DNA of 64,000 bases from Alistipes finegoldii (GCA_963614045.1 CAVEBU010000003.1:986-64985); one strand, 5' to 3'. Shown: positions 10,183 to 20,419, counted from the stretch's first letter. The notes: generated from the sequence alone by a model not told the origin. A program made the numbers and translations.

Positions 10183-10546
10183 CTAATTTCTCCTCTTTAG
10201 GAATGTTAATCGAGTCAATTAACTTACTCATCTTTTGGTCAATCTCATAACTTTTATCAAGCTTGAAATGTAGCAAGGGAACAATGCGCATTTCCACCCT
10301 ATCAGAAAGTAATTTGCGAATAAAACCTGCACTGTGTTGCAAGGTGTTAAAACTGATTTCACATTTACGGGGATCATCTTCGTAAATACTTACCGAAATA
10401 TAGCAGTGACTCAAGTCATTAGTTGTGTTGACTTCCGTCACACTAACCAAACCATATAGTCTAGGGTCCCGAATTTCGTTACTTAAAATATCCGCCAAAG
10501 CCTTCTTAATTTCGCTATTAATTCTCTGTAAACGATTTTGTTGCAT
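10172..10546 (-). CDS. rbfA: Ribosome-binding factor A
   Basis: 124 aa, RLQRINSEIKKALADIL...DPRL signature; located downstream of infB. Confidence 0.9.
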   Translation of the reverse strand: MQQNRLQRINSEIKKALADILSNEIRDPRLYGLVSVTEVNTTNDLSHCYISVSIYEDDPRKCEISFNTLQHSAGFIRKLLSDRVEMRIVPLLHFKLDKSYEIDQKMSKLIDSINIPKEEKLDEE

Positions 10547-10563
10547 AATTACCTCCCGAAAAA

Positions 10564-13191
10564 CTAATCTCTCTTGACCTCGACCATAACATACGCCTCA
10601 ACTGTATCCTCCAACTGAATGTCGTTATGTCCGTCAAGTTTCATACCGCAATCCATTCCTGCAATAACCTCTTTAACGTCCTCTTTGTTGCGTTGCAAGG
10701 TTGTAATCGTGGTGTCAACAAGCAATTTACCCTCACGATAAAGCCGAATTTTTGCGTTCTTGCTAATTTTACCATCTTTTACAATACAGCCCGCAACCAC
10801 ACCAATACGGCTAATCTTGAACGTGCGAATAACCTCACCGTGACCGATAACCTTCTCTTCAAATACAGGGGTACGCATTCCTTTAATCGTCGTAGAAACG
10901 AAATCTGAAACTTGATAAATAATCTTGCTAAAGAAAATCCGCACATTGTCGTGTTCGGCAAGCGCACTTGCTTTTGAATCAGCTTTTGTGTTAAATCCGA
11001 TAATAACCGCATTTGCGTTTTTAGCCATTATTACGTCATTTTCGCTAATCGCACCGACACCACCATGTATACACTCAACACGTACTTCTTCATTATTAAT
11101 TGAGTTTAAAATTGGTACAAGCGCCTCAAACGAACCTTGAACGTCCGCTTTAACAATAAGATTAAGTACTTTCTTCTCGCTATCAGCAGATTTTGCTAAA
11201 AACTCTTCCATAGAAAAAGCGTTTTTACTATTGATTTTTTCTTGCGAAATTTTGCGTTTACGCTCAGCCAAAACGTCCTTACTCAGTTTTACATCAACGG
11301 CATAAAGTTGATCGCCCGCATTTGGCACGCCGTCAAGTCCCAAAACCGACACAGGTGTGCTTGGCCCAGCCTTACGAATATTTTTGCCTTTATCGTCAAT
11401 CAGCGCACGCACTTTACCCATATGCACGCCTGAGATAATGTAATCGCCGACTTTCAGCGTACCGTTTAAAACGATTGCCGTAGCAATAGGGCCTTTACCC
11501 TTGTCGAGTTTTGCCTCAATAACCATACCAAGCGCATGCGTATTAGAATTAGCTTTCAATTCACGCAAATCTGCTACAAGAAGCACCATTTCCAGTAATT
11601 TGTCGATATTTTGACCTGTCAATGCGGAAATCGGAACAAAAATCGTGTCGCCGCCCCATTCTTCAGGGACAACATCAAGTTCGGCGAGTTGCTGTTTAAC
11701 CCTTTCAATATTGAATTCCGCTTTGTCCATCTTATTTACAGCCACAATCATAGGAATTTTAGCTTGCTTAATATGTTGAATAGCCTCTACTGTTTGCGGT
11801 TTCACACCATCATCACCTGCAACAACCAAAATCGCAATATCAGTAACACTCGCACCTCTTGCACGCATCGCACTAAAAGCCTCATGTCCTGGAGTATCGA
11901 TAAAGGTAATCAAACGCTCCATCGTCTTAATCTGATATGCCGCAATGTGCTGAGTAATTCCGCCCGCTTCCTGACTTTGAATATGCGTCTTTCGGATAAA
12001 ATCAAGCAAACTCGTCTTACCATGATCAACGTGGCCTAGAACGGTAACAATCGGCGGACGAGGCTCAGTATTTAATTCGTCATTTGAATCACTACTTGCC
12101 CTAAACTCATCAGCAAGTTGTTCCTCAAAACTCTTCTCTAATTTCTGTTCGAGTACCACACCCAACTCGCTACAAACAAGTTCTGCAGTGGTAAAGTCTA
12201 TGGTAGAATTGACGTTTGACATTGTTCCCAAAACCATCAATTGCTTTAAAATTTCAGCAACACTTCTACCAGTTTTCTCGGATAATTGCTTAACTGTAAT
12301 ATTTTCAGAGGTAATAATTGCGTGATCAATCGGAGCAGCAACGACAATGTTTTCCTCTTTTTTCTTCTTCGTCTTGCGATTTGACCTAATTCTTTCCTCA
12401 ATGTTTGATTCCTCAAGCATACCCCTGCGCATCATATTGCGTTTTTGATTGCGTCCAAAATCGTCAAAGCTAGAATTCTTGTGTTGTTTGTTATCCTTGC
12501 GTTTATTCTCAAAAGAACGCTTTGCTGTGTTGTTTTGCAAATCGTTAAGGTTTACTAAAGGTTCATTACTTTCCTTTCTAAAGCCACCATTTTGCTTGTT
12601 TCCATCCTTGCGCTCAGCATAAGGCTTCTTAAATCCGTCCTTATTCTGCTGAGCGTTAGAATTACGCTCGTTGTTGCGGTTTTGGTTGCCATTAAATTGG
12701 TTGTTGCGCTGTCCAAAAGGCTTCTTGTCCTGCCCTTGCACTTGAGTACGATTTTGATACTGACCTTGACCTTGGTTGCGACGTTGAAATTGTCCTTGCC
12801 CCTCGCCCTGCTTTTTATCAAAGTTCCGACTCGAATTTTGCTTGTTCAAACTTTGATTGTGAGACTGTTGCTTTTGAGTCTTTTCAGCATCGTTCCCAAC
12901 AGAATTCCCTTTGCGTTCATCTTTAATAGGCTTGTTAACAATGTTGCGTTTTTCTTCAACGACTTTTTTCTCCTCTACTCTATCTTGTTTTGCAACAACA
13001 TTTACAGTAGAAGATGCGCTCTCTTTTTCACGCAATTTAAACCTAATATCACGAGTCAACTGCTCCAATTCGTGACGCAAACTATCTACATCTTTACTCA
13101 TTTTCACCAAATGCACATTATTGATTTCAGAAATACTGCGCATATTGTCAAAACGCACTTGCTTTTTTGTTTCTTGAGTTTGATTAGTCAA
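10564..13191 (-). CDS. infB: Translation initiation factor IF-2
   Basis: G-domain motifs [14 protein letters not shown] and NKMD. The N-terminal ~280 aa are Q/N/K/G-rich low complexity. Confidence 0.95.
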   Translation of the reverse strand: MTNQTQETKKQVRFDNMRSISEINNVHLVKMSKDVDSLRHELEQLTRDIRFKLREKESASSTVNVVAKQDRVEEKKVVEEKRNIVNKPIKDERKGNSVGNDAEKTQKQQSHNQSLNKQNSSRNFDKKQGEGQGQFQRRNQGQGQYQNRTQVQGQDKKPFGQRNNQFNGNQNRNNERNSNAQQNKDGFKKPYAERKDGNKQNGGFRKESNEPLVNLNDLQNNTAKRSFENKRKDNKQHKNSSFDDFGRNQKRNMMRRGMLEESNIEERIRSNRKTKKKKEENIVVAAPIDHAIITSENITVKQLSEKTGRSVAEILKQLMVLGTMSNVNSTIDFTTAELVCSELGVVLEQKLEKSFEEQLADEFRASSDSNDELNTEPRPPIVTVLGHVDHGKTSLLDFIRKTHIQSQEAGGITQHIAAYQIKTMERLITFIDTPGHEAFSAMRARGASVTDIAILVVAGDDGVKPQTVEAIQHIKQAKIPMIVAVNKMDKAEFNIERVKQQLAELDVVPEEWGGDTIFVPISALTGQNIDKLLEMVLLVADLRELKANSNTHALGMVIEAKLDKGKGPIATAIVLNGTLKVGDYIISGVHMGKVRALIDDKGKNIRKAGPSTPVSVLGLDGVPNAGDQLYAVDVKLSKDVLAERKRKISQEKINSKNAFSMEEFLAKSADSEKKVLNLIVKADVQGSFEALVPILNSINNEEVRVECIHGGVGAISENDVIMAKNANAVIIGFNTKADSKASALAEHDNVRIFFSKIIYQVSDFVSTTIKGMRTPVFEEKVIGHGEVIRTFKISRIGVVAGCIVKDGKISKNAKIRLYREGKLLVDTTITTLQRNKEDVKEVIAGMDCGMKLDGHNDIQLEDTVEAYVMVEVKRD

Positions 13192-13195
13192 ATTA

Positions 13196-13489
13196 TTACT
13201 CCTTAAAATAAGTTTTGATTTGGTTCGCCAAACTTTCGTTGGTTAAACCGATTACCTTGCAATTATCCGTATTCAAGAAGATATTTAAATCTTCATTTAA
13301 CTTTATTAATTTTGTGTCATTTTTTGCTATAAAATTGTCAACTTTTGCTCTCAAATTTTGCGTCGCTGTCACAGTAGAAAGCATAATCAAATACACTTTA
13401 GAGCGACTTTTTGCAATCTCATCAATTCCGTAAAGAACAGCGCCTGCCTTTTTTGACAGATTGAGAAACTTTACCCACTCATTTTGCAT
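13196..13489 (-). CDS. ylxQ: L7Ae-family RNA-binding protein (YlxQ type)
   Basis: 97 aa (LSKKAGAVLYGIDE...) in the conserved slot between ylxR and infB. Confidence 0.75.
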   Translation of the reverse strand: MQNEWVKFLNLSKKAGAVLYGIDEIAKSRSKVYLIMLSTVTATQNLRAKVDNFIAKNDTKLIKLNEDLNIFLNTDNCKVIGLTNESLANQIKTYFKE

Positions 13490-13757
13490 CTACGTATGCC
13501 TCCAAATCTGCATAAATTCTGTCGTCAATGTTCCTTTTTAGAATTTTACTAAATGCGTGCCGTTTCCTTGCCAAAGCGATAACTTCTTTATCACGACTTA
13601 TCCAATAACCTCTGCCGTCCATTTTTTGAGAAGGGTCAATCTTTAGTCCGTTCGGCACAACGACCAAACGAATTAAGTTCGCTTTGGGTAATCTTTTTCT
13701 CGAAACGACACACATTCTCAGTGGTACATTTTTTCCAGCCATACACCTAACCTCCAC
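13479..13757 (-). CDS. ylxR: YlxR/RnpM family (DUF448) RNA-binding protein
   Basis: PLRMCVVSRKRLPKANLIRLV signature; located directly downstream of nusA. Confidence 0.8.
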   Translation of the reverse strand: MEVRCMAGKNVPLRMCVVSRKRLPKANLIRLVVVPNGLKIDPSQKMDGRGYWISRDKEVIALARKRHAFSKILKRNIDDRIYADLEAYVDAK

Positions 13758-13760
13758 AAA

Positions 13761-14897
13761 TTAGATTTGCTCAATTTCTTCAAAAAGGTCCTCATCTAGA
13801 TTTTGGTCAATATTTGTATTAACCTGCTCTAGCTCCTTGTCCTTCTCGTCTTGTTTGGACTGGCTCTCGCTTATAACATCGATCTTCCACCCTGTAAGCT
13901 TTGCGGCAAGACGGACATTACTACCTTCTCTACCAATAGCCAAACTCAACTTGTTGTCTGGAACGATAACTTTACTTGATTTAGCTTCTTGATTAATCTC
14001 CACACTAATAACATCAGCGGGGCTAAGGGCATTTGCAATAAGTTCAAAAATATCGTCGCTAAATGGTATAACGTCGATTCGTTCCCCATGCAATTCCTCA
14101 ATAACCGCATTAATTCTTGCGCCACGATTCCCCACGCAAGCACCTACAGCATCAACATTAGGGTCGTTTGAAATTACTGCAAGTTTAGTTTTAACACCAG
14201 CCTCACGAGTCATCGCTTTAATTGAAATTGTGCCGTTCGCCAACTCAGGAACTTCCAACTCGAATAACTTCTGCACAAAATTTGGCAAAGTTCTACTAAC
14301 TTGCACCAACGACCTTCCGTCACGCTCATAAGCACGTTTAACGATTACTTTAACACGGTCACCTATTGCGATATTCTCTTTTGGAATTACATCCTTAGCA
14401 CTCAAAAGCCCCAAATGGTCAAAACCGCTCAACTCCAAAATAAAGTCGTCGCCGTCCTTACTGCGTACAATACCTGTAGTCAAGGTATCCGCCTTGCTAT
14501 TAAGGTCATCAGCGAATTGTTGCCTCTCCGCCTCACGCAATTTCTGCATAACAACCTGTCTAGCAGTCTGCGCAGCAATTCTTCCGAAATTCTTGGGTGT
14601 AACTTCCTCCATGACTTGATCGCCAACGTTGTAAGACGACTTAATCGCTTTCGCATCGCTAAGACTAATTTGCTTATCAAAATCTTCTACTTCGTCAACA
14701 ACAGTCTTGTACGCATACACCTTAATAGTCCCTTTCTCAGGGTTTAGCTTAACACTAGCACTTCTGGCTTCGCCAAAATTCTTTTTGTATGCGCTAGTCA
14801 AAGCACTCTCTAATGCAGAAATAAAATAATTTCTGTCAATTTTTCTCTCTGTCTCCAATTGGCTCAGTGCCAAAAAGAAATCTTTATTACTAATCAT
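13761..14897 (-). CDS. nusA: Transcription termination/antitermination factor NusA
   Basis: N-terminal domain, S1 and two KH regions are recognisable. Start moved to ATG 14897 (MISNKDFFLAL) behind AAGGAG. Confidence 0.95.
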   Translation of the reverse strand: MISNKDFFLALSQLETERKIDRNYFISALESALTSAYKKNFGEARSASVKLNPEKGTIKVYAYKTVVDEVEDFDKQISLSDAKAIKSSYNVGDQVMEEVTPKNFGRIAAQTARQVVMQKLREAERQQFADDLNSKADTLTTGIVRSKDGDDFILELSGFDHLGLLSAKDVIPKENIAIGDRVKVIVKRAYERDGRSLVQVSRTLPNFVQKLFELEVPELANGTISIKAMTREAGVKTKLAVISNDPNVDAVGACVGNRGARINAVIEELHGERIDVIPFSDDIFELIANALSPADVISVEINQEAKSSKVIVPDNKLSLAIGREGSNVRLAAKLTGWKIDVISESQSKQDEKDKELEQVNTNIDQNLDEDLFEEIEQI

Positions 14898-14935
14898 TTT
14901 ATAGCAACTCCTTGGTAAACACATTATTAAAAGTT

Positions 14936-14960
14936 ATGAGTGGGCTGAAGCCCCACTCAT
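14936..14960 (-). promoter_or_regulatory. Leader hairpin between the nusA promoter and the nusA RBS (candidate attenuator)
   Basis: Minus strand ATGAGTGGGGC-TTCA-GCCCACTCAT (about 10 bp plus 1 bulge), followed by a weak U tract AACUUUUAAU. Confidence 0.4.
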
Positions 14961-14971
14961 AGTTCGTTAGT

Positions 14972-15000
14972 ATTATAACATATATTTTTCAAAATATCAA
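14972..15000 (-). promoter_or_regulatory. Near-consensus sigma-A promoter TTGATA-17-TATAAT (TGT extended -10) for nusA
   Basis: -35 at 15000-14995 and -10 at 14977-14972 on the minus strand, with an exact 17-nt spacer. Confidence 0.55.
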
Positions 15001-15028
15001 TACATTTATAGCATTTTTTTGACTTTTT

Positions 15029-16591
15029 TTAAATAAGTTTGACAAAAACCTTTGCAGTTGCATATGCATCAGCCAAAGCTCTATGGGCATTATTGAGTGT
15101 GATATTAAGCGCCTTAACAACTGTACCCAACTTATAGTTGCTTAGACTTGGCACTTTATCACGCACAAGCCTCAGCGTATCAATCTGTTCGTTGTCAAAT
15201 TTTAGACGCAAATTTTCTCCATTAAAGCTCAAGAAACTATAGTCAAAATCAATATTATAAGCACTCAACACACACCCAGACACGAATTTAAAAAAGTCTG
15301 GTAGTGCTTGTTCAATCGATGGCGCATTTTCCACCATACTATTATCAATATGCGTAAGTTCGGTGATTTCTGCAGGAATTTGCAGTCCTGGATTTATGAG
15401 AGTTTGAAAAGTCTCGATTATTGACCCTTTAGTAATTTTTACCGCACCGATTTCGATTATTTTACAACTTCTTGAATCAAATCCCGTCGTTTCCAAATCA
15501 AAAACCACTACGCTATCGTGCGTATCCCAATAATCCGTCTTTTTGCCACCGAGAGAAAACAACTCCATTTGTTGCGACTCAAAGACGGGTTGAGGTTTAA
15601 CAAAATAATAGTCGTCGTTTACTTTACGATAAACTCGCTTCATCTCTTTTGTGAAAATTTCGCATTTAGAAATGCTATTGACACGCAAATTTTTATTGCC
15701 GTTAAATTCGTGAATAACTCCGCCGACAGTAACCGTCATCCCGTCCTCCATAAGTTCAAGTGACTTGAGAGCTTTTTCTTGCGGAAATACGACAACATTT
15801 ACAAACCCGCTCGGGTCTGTGAGTGTAAAAGATAATTTTTTACGCTCCAAAGGTTCGCCATCAAGCTTGACTTTCGAAGTAAAACTCGTAAGCGCCAAAT
15901 TGGTTACGACACCTGCTATCATAATTTCGGCACCACTGTCAGCACTCATATTTGCGATAAAATCAACTCTATTAGGCATATATTTACCATAAAAGCACTC
16001 ACCTAATTCAATTTCCATATGATTTAATTGCTTTTCTTTTGTTAAAGCATCACTTAGCCCTGTATCAATTTTGGGCATATCGTTTAATAATTCTTGAAAA
16101 TTCGTCGATTCCTTGTCCACTCGCAAGGTCACTACAAAATCAAAAAAGAATTTATGCAGTAAGAAATTTCTTAAGTCAACATCAAATTTTTTATTTATGA
16201 AAACTTGCTTTCGCAATTCGTCGCAAGAAATAATTATTTCTGCCCCGTCGCCGTCTTTTAACCGCTCAATAGTGACATCTTCACGATTGAATTCATTTTT
16301 AAGAGCCTTGTAGTGTTTATCAATGTATTCTTCAATGCGTTCATAAATAACTTCTTTATCAAAACAACTCTTGTTCGCCTTGACAACAACCTTACAACTT
16401 TCACCAAAGCATTCGTTTACAATACTTACAATTTGGTTTTTCTCGTCCGATGTAATCGGTTTATTTTCAGGGTACATAAAATTTATAGTCAATTCGTCTT
16501 TTTTGTTATTAAAAACTGCTTCATCTAGTTTAATTCTGCTTTCATCAAAGCCCGCTTCTTTAATCTTTTGTAAAACGTTCACGCCTCTCAC
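15029..16591 (-). CDS. PolC-like N-terminal/OB-fold region fused to a DEDDh 3'-5' exonuclease. No PHP or polymerase domains.
   Basis: OB-like block IMIAGVVTNL...LSFTLTDPSGFVNVVVFPQEK...MTVTVGGVIHEF. Exo I VVVFDLETTG, Exo II LSAYNIDFDYSFL, Exo III HRALADAYATAKVF. The GTG start overlaps the rseP stop. Confidence 0.65.
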   Translation of the reverse strand: MRGVNVLQKIKEAGFDESRIKLDEAVFNNKKDELTINFMYPENKPITSDEKNQIVSIVNECFGESCKVVVKANKSCFDKEVIYERIEEYIDKHYKALKNEFNREDVTIERLKDGDGAEIIISCDELRKQVFINKKFDVDLRNFLLHKFFFDFVVTLRVDKESTNFQELLNDMPKIDTGLSDALTKEKQLNHMEIELGECFYGKYMPNRVDFIANMSADSGAEIMIAGVVTNLALTSFTSKVKLDGEPLERKKLSFTLTDPSGFVNVVVFPQEKALKSLELMEDGMTVTVGGVIHEFNGNKNLRVNSISKCEIFTKEMKRVYRKVNDDYYFVKPQPVFESQQMELFSLGGKKTDYWDTHDSVVVFDLETTGFDSRSCKIIEIGAVKITKGSIIETFQTLINPGLQIPAEITELTHIDNSMVENAPSIEQALPDFFKFVSGCVLSAYNIDFDYSFLSFNGENLRLKFDNEQIDTLRLVRDKVPSLSNYKLGTVVKALNITLNNAHRALADAYATAKVFVKLI

Positions 16592-17730
16592 CCCTGTATT
16601 ATTAAATGATAAATATCGACGAAAATAACTAGCGCAAATAGTACCACCATCCCGCCGAAATGAATATACCCCTCTATTTTTCTGTTAATCGGTTTGCCAC
16701 GTATCCACTCTATCGACGTAAACACCATTCGGGCGCCGTCAAGCGCAGGAATTGGAAGCAAGTTAAACACAGCAAGGTTTGCGGCAATAAACGGCAAGAA
16801 CACGAAAAGATTTGCAATATTCAGTTGCGAATACTCGGCTATTGTAGAAATTGTGGTTAGTGGTCCGCCGATATCGGACAAACCGATTCCGCCCGTTAGC
16901 AACATCCACAAGAACACGAGTACTTGCCACGCAAAACCTGCCGCTACTGGCACCGACCTAACAAGCGCTTCGCCGAAACTATGCTTATAAGGTACTGTAC
17001 TAAAACCAACTGCAATCGATTCAGTAGTCTTGCCACTATCGTCCGTTGTCGTTGTGACATAAAAATTGACCGTAATATTTACATTTTTGCCGTCACGCTC
17101 AACAGTCAACGGTAAAGTGCTATATTTCGTGTATTCTTTGTCCTTGATTGTAACTTTTTCGCCCGAAGCTTTTTCCTCGTCTGTCATACCCTCATAATAG
17201 CGATTTAGAATATTGTTAGCAGTGTTACCCGTCACAAAATCAATTTTGATGCCGTTCATTTCTCGAATAATATCGTTTTGTTGCAAAACTGAAGTATCTT
17301 GATAATCAGGATTGACAGTACTAACTCTAGGAACATCGTACCCGAAAGCTAGTAGCAAAATAAAGGCAAAAATTATTGCTGAAATGAAGTTAAAGAAAAC
17401 ACCACCGAACTGAACAATCAGCCGTTTCCAAGGCGCTTTATTATTAAACGCATTGGGGTCAGTATCATCTTCATCTTCGCCCGCAAAAGCGCAGTATCCA
17501 CCCAAAGGCACGAGTCTTATGCTAAATTCTTCACCAGAGCGGAGTTTCTTCTTGAAAAGAGCCTTACCAAAACCGATTGAAAACTCGTTGATTTTAAACT
17601 TAAATATCTTACCAAATGTGTAATGTCCCGCCTCGTGAATAGTTATCATAACAAGCAAAACCACGATCGCCAAAGCGATGTATCCCACTGTTGTCATCAC
17701 ACTAGCAAAAGAACCCAAACAGCAAATCAC
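16588..17730 (-). CDS. rseP: RIP metalloprotease RseP (M50 site-2 protease)
   Basis: HEAGHY zinc motif in TM1, a PDZ-like middle and polytopic topology. GTG start behind GGAGG. Confidence 0.85.
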   Translation of the reverse strand: MICCLGSFASVMTTVGYIALAIVVLLVMITIHEAGHYTFGKIFKFKINEFSIGFGKALFKKKLRSGEEFSIRLVPLGGYCAFAGEDEDDTDPNAFNNKAPWKRLIVQFGGVFFNFISAIIFAFILLLAFGYDVPRVSTVNPDYQDTSVLQQNDIIREMNGIKIDFVTGNTANNILNRYYEGMTDEEKASGEKVTIKDKEYTKYSTLPLTVERDGKNVNITVNFYVTTTTDDSGKTTESIAVGFSTVPYKHSFGEALVRSVPVAAGFAWQVLVFLWMLLTGGIGLSDIGGPLTTISTIAEYSQLNIANLFVFLPFIAANLAVFNLLPIPALDGARMVFTSIEWIRGKPINRKIEGYIHFGGMVVLFALVIFVDIYHLIIQG

Positions 17731-17787
17731 ATTTACCTCCTACAAAAAGTAATGCGGGAATTTCGCCCGCACTTAATTTTATTCATA

Positions 17788-18795
17788 TTAACCAAACAAT
17801 ATGATAAAGAATACAAACACGAATACCGAATTCACAAGCAAGCCGTTGCATCTATCCATAACGCCACCATGACCTGGAATAAGTTGACTAAAATCTTTTA
17901 CAACCGCTCTACGCTTAAAAAATGAACTAAAAATGTCGCCAGCCATATTAAAAATCCCTGCAAAGAAGCCACCCAAAATGAATGTCCACACACTATAGTG
18001 CAATGAACTAAACAAAGCACTATAGCCATAGAAAGCGTTGAATATGAAGTAAATAATCATACCCATAAGGGTTGCACCAACAATTCCACCTACCAAGCCT
18101 GTCCAAGACTTACCAGGGCCGAGTTTCGTTAAACTGATTTTTGGCCCACCAATAAACCTACCCGATAGCATTGCACAGGTATCCGAAGCCATTGTTGTCG
18201 CAAATAGGAATACCAAAGCCAGCAATCCAAAATCTACTCCCATTTCAGAAGTGCAGAAAGCCTCGATATAACTAGAATTACTCAACAAATCATAGTGATT
18301 TAGCATAAAAGTAAAGCTAAAGAATAGTGTTGGCCATAGGCACACAAACAAAGTATTGAGCATTTTGGAAAATGCGTATTGAAGGATTGAGCCCTCAAAA
18401 CCGTCTCTTTCTTTTGACACTTTGCCATATTTAACAAAGATTAAAGGCCACGCAAAAATGATCAAGCCCAACACAATCATACTTACAATCATAAGTAGCA
18501 GAGCAACCCACGCACTCATGTCCGCATTAGCAGAAATCACAACCATTATAAAACACAAAATCGGATAAAATGCAACCGCAACAGTATGCGTAGGTCTATT
18601 CATTTTGTGAAGCACGTTTTCCACTTCTAGCGCAGAAACTATAATCAATCCAGCAAGCAACACATCAAAAACGTAGGTACTCAAGATTCTTAAAGCAAAG
18701 AATCCAACCAAAACAACCAAAATTATCGCACCCCAAACAATTCTAGGTACAAAATTTGCAGGTGTGTTTTTTACTTTCTCCTCTTTTTCTTCCAT
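17788..18795 (-). CDS. cdsA: Phosphatidate cytidylyltransferase
   Basis: C-terminal signature SFFKRRAVVKDFSQLIPGHGGVMDRCNG. At 335 aa it has a longer N-terminal membrane region than usual. Confidence 0.85.
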   Translation of the reverse strand: MEEKEEKVKNTPANFVPRIVWGAIILVVLVGFFALRILSTYVFDVLLAGLIIVSALEVENVLHKMNRPTHTVAVAFYPILCFIMVVISANADMSAWVALLLMIVSMIVLGLIIFAWPLIFVKYGKVSKERDGFEGSILQYAFSKMLNTLFVCLWPTLFFSFTFMLNHYDLLSNSSYIEAFCTSEMGVDFGLLALVFLFATTMASDTCAMLSGRFIGGPKISLTKLGPGKSWTGLVGGIVGATLMGMIIYFIFNAFYGYSALFSSLHYSVWTFILGGFFAGIFNMAGDIFSSFFKRRAVVKDFSQLIPGHGGVMDRCNGLLVNSVFVFVFFIILFG

Positions 18796-18811
18796 AATTT
18801 CCTCCTATTGT

Positions 18812-19534
18812 TTATAAAGCGCCAAAACGCCTTTTTCGATTTTGGTAATTGATAAGTGCTTTTTGTAATTCTTTCGGCTTAAAAGACGGCCAAAAAGTCT
18901 TAGTAAAATACAACTCACTATAACACAACTGCCACAACATAAAATTGCTCAATCGCATTTCACCACTTGTGCGAATAACAAAATCTAGTTGAGGAAGCCC
19001 CGCCGTATAGAGATATTTCTCTAAATCTTGTGAAGAATTCAGTTCCACACCATCTTCCTTTGCTAGTCTGAACGCACGCAGTAACTCATCTCGTGCTCCA
19101 TAGTTTACAGCAAGATTTAATGTAAATTTATCACAATCTTTCGTCCTATCTATTACTTTGTCAAACGCTTCCACAATATCAGCAGGCAATTTTTTGTAAT
19201 CTCCTGAAATGACGATTTTTGCACCTTTTTGTGTAAATTCTTCGCAATCTTCATTGATATAATCTCGCACTACATCAAAAATCCCGTCAATTTCATCTTT
19301 CGGACGGCGCCAATTTTCCGTAGAAAACACAAAGAAGGTCGCACATTTAATCCCAAGTTCGTAGATATGCTCCACAATCTTTTTGAGATTTTCGCACCCT
19401 GCCTTATGCCCCAAATTTCTCGGCAAACCCCTTTTGGTTGCCCACCTGCCGTTGCCGTCCATTATTATTGCAATATGCTGGGGCAAACGACTCAAATCTA
19501 AATGTTTATTAATTTTTATCTTTTTCGCCCCCAT
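18812..19534 (-). CDS. uppS: Isoprenyl transferase (undecaprenyl diphosphate synthase)
   Basis: HIAIIMDGNGRWA and IRTSGEMRLSNFMLWQ motifs. Confidence 0.95.
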   Translation of the reverse strand: MGAKKIKINKHLDLSRLPQHIAIIMDGNGRWATKRGLPRNLGHKAGCENLKKIVEHIYELGIKCATFFVFSTENWRRPKDEIDGIFDVVRDYINEDCEEFTQKGAKIVISGDYKKLPADIVEAFDKVIDRTKDCDKFTLNLAVNYGARDELLRAFRLAKEDGVELNSSQDLEKYLYTAGLPQLDFVIRTSGEMRLSNFMLWQLCYSELYFTKTFWPSFKPKELQKALINYQNRKRRFGAL

Positions 19535-19625
19535 TACTACTCCTCTATATTAAGTATTACCATATTTACAAAAATAAACTCTAACAAAACTAATATATGC
19601 AATTTATGTAAACAAATTGCAAAAA

Positions 19626-20195
19626 TTAAACTTCTGTAATCTCTTTCTCTTTACCTTTGAGAGCATCTTCAACTTTGTCTATAAATTTATTGAGAATTTT
19701 TTGAACTTCCGTCTCAGCGATTTTTAACTCGTCCTCAGTGATTTTGCTATCCTTTTTCAACTTCTTGAATTCGTCCAAACAATCTCTACGGCCGTTACGC
19801 ATATTTACTCTAGTGTCTTCAGCAAATTTTCTCACCATTTTAACAAGTTCAAGCCTTCTTTCTTCCGTTGGTGCAGGTACATACAATCTAATTACCTTAC
19901 CATCATCGCTAGGGTTCAGCCCCAAATCGCTTGCTTGAATAGCCTTAAGCGTTTCTTTTAGCATACTAATGTCCCACAAAGATACAGCGATTGTACGTGG
20001 GTCAGGTGCGCTAATATTCGCCATTTGGTTAAGCGGTGTCATTGTTCCATAGTAGTCAACCATAATTTTGTCCAAAAGGCGTGGGTTCGCTCTCCCTGCT
20101 CTTACCGAGTTCAACTCAGAATTAAAGTGGTCCAAATTTTTTTGCAAACTTGTAGTCAAACCATCATACAAGCTAGAATCATATTCATTTAACAT
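19626..20195 (-). CDS. frr: Ribosome recycling factor
   Basis: 189 aa with LNSVRAGRANPRLLD and the typical RRF C-terminal helix. Confidence 0.95.
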   Translation of the reverse strand: MLNEYDSSLYDGLTTSLQKNLDHFNSELNSVRAGRANPRLLDKIMVDYYGTMTPLNQMANISAPDPRTIAVSLWDISMLKETLKAIQASDLGLNPSDDGKVIRLYVPAPTEERRLELVKMVRKFAEDTRVNMRNGRRDCLDEFKKLKKDSKITEDELKIAETEVQKILNKFIDKVEDALKGKEKEITEV

Positions 20196-20223
20196 TTCTT
20201 ACTCCTAAAATTAGTATATATAT

Positions 20224-20252
20224 ATTTTACTAATAAATTCCCTTTTTGGCAA
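20224..20252 (-). promoter_or_regulatory. Sigma-A-like promoter TTGCCA-17-TAAAAT for frr
   Basis: -35 at 20252-20247 and -10 at 20229-20224 on the minus strand. Confidence 0.45.
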
Positions 20253-20366
20253 ATGTTTTAAGCAAAAAAAATGAAAAGTATAGCAAATTACTTTATATTT
20301 TAATAATATTGTCCACTTTACACCTTTTTGTCATAGAATTCAAAACAAATCAAAAGAAACAGAATC

Positions 20367-20419
20367 AAAAAAAAGACTATCAAATTGACAGCGTATTGAC
20401 ACAGCCAAATTGATAATCT
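20367..20419 (-). terminator. Intrinsic terminator after tsf
   Basis: 13-bp stem (GATTATCAATTTG / CAATTTGATAGTC, 1 mismatch and 1 wobble) followed by T8 on the minus strand. Confidence 0.6.

Noticed and set aside
12300-13000. Repetitive-looking DNA that could be mistaken for tandem repeats or an array
   Set aside because: The periodicity is imperfect and lies entirely within the infB reading frame (GQGQ/NQ/KK low complexity). There is no repeat-spacer structure.
12592-13206. 204-aa plus-strand ORF (L/V/I-rich) overlapping the 5' part of infB
   Set aside because: It is the antisense mirror of the Q/N/K/G low-complexity coding region of IF-2. It has no RBS, and its composition is the artefact expected from translating the complement of AAN/CAA-rich codons.
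15029-16591. Reading the PolC-like ORF as a simple truncated polC pseudogene
   Set aside because: The ORF is intact from a coupled GTG start to the natural end of the exonuclease fold. It skips the PHP N-terminal segment cleanly and is followed at once by a functional-looking nusA promoter. No polymerase-domain remnants exist in any frame of the 104-bp gap. This still needs genome-wide confirmation.
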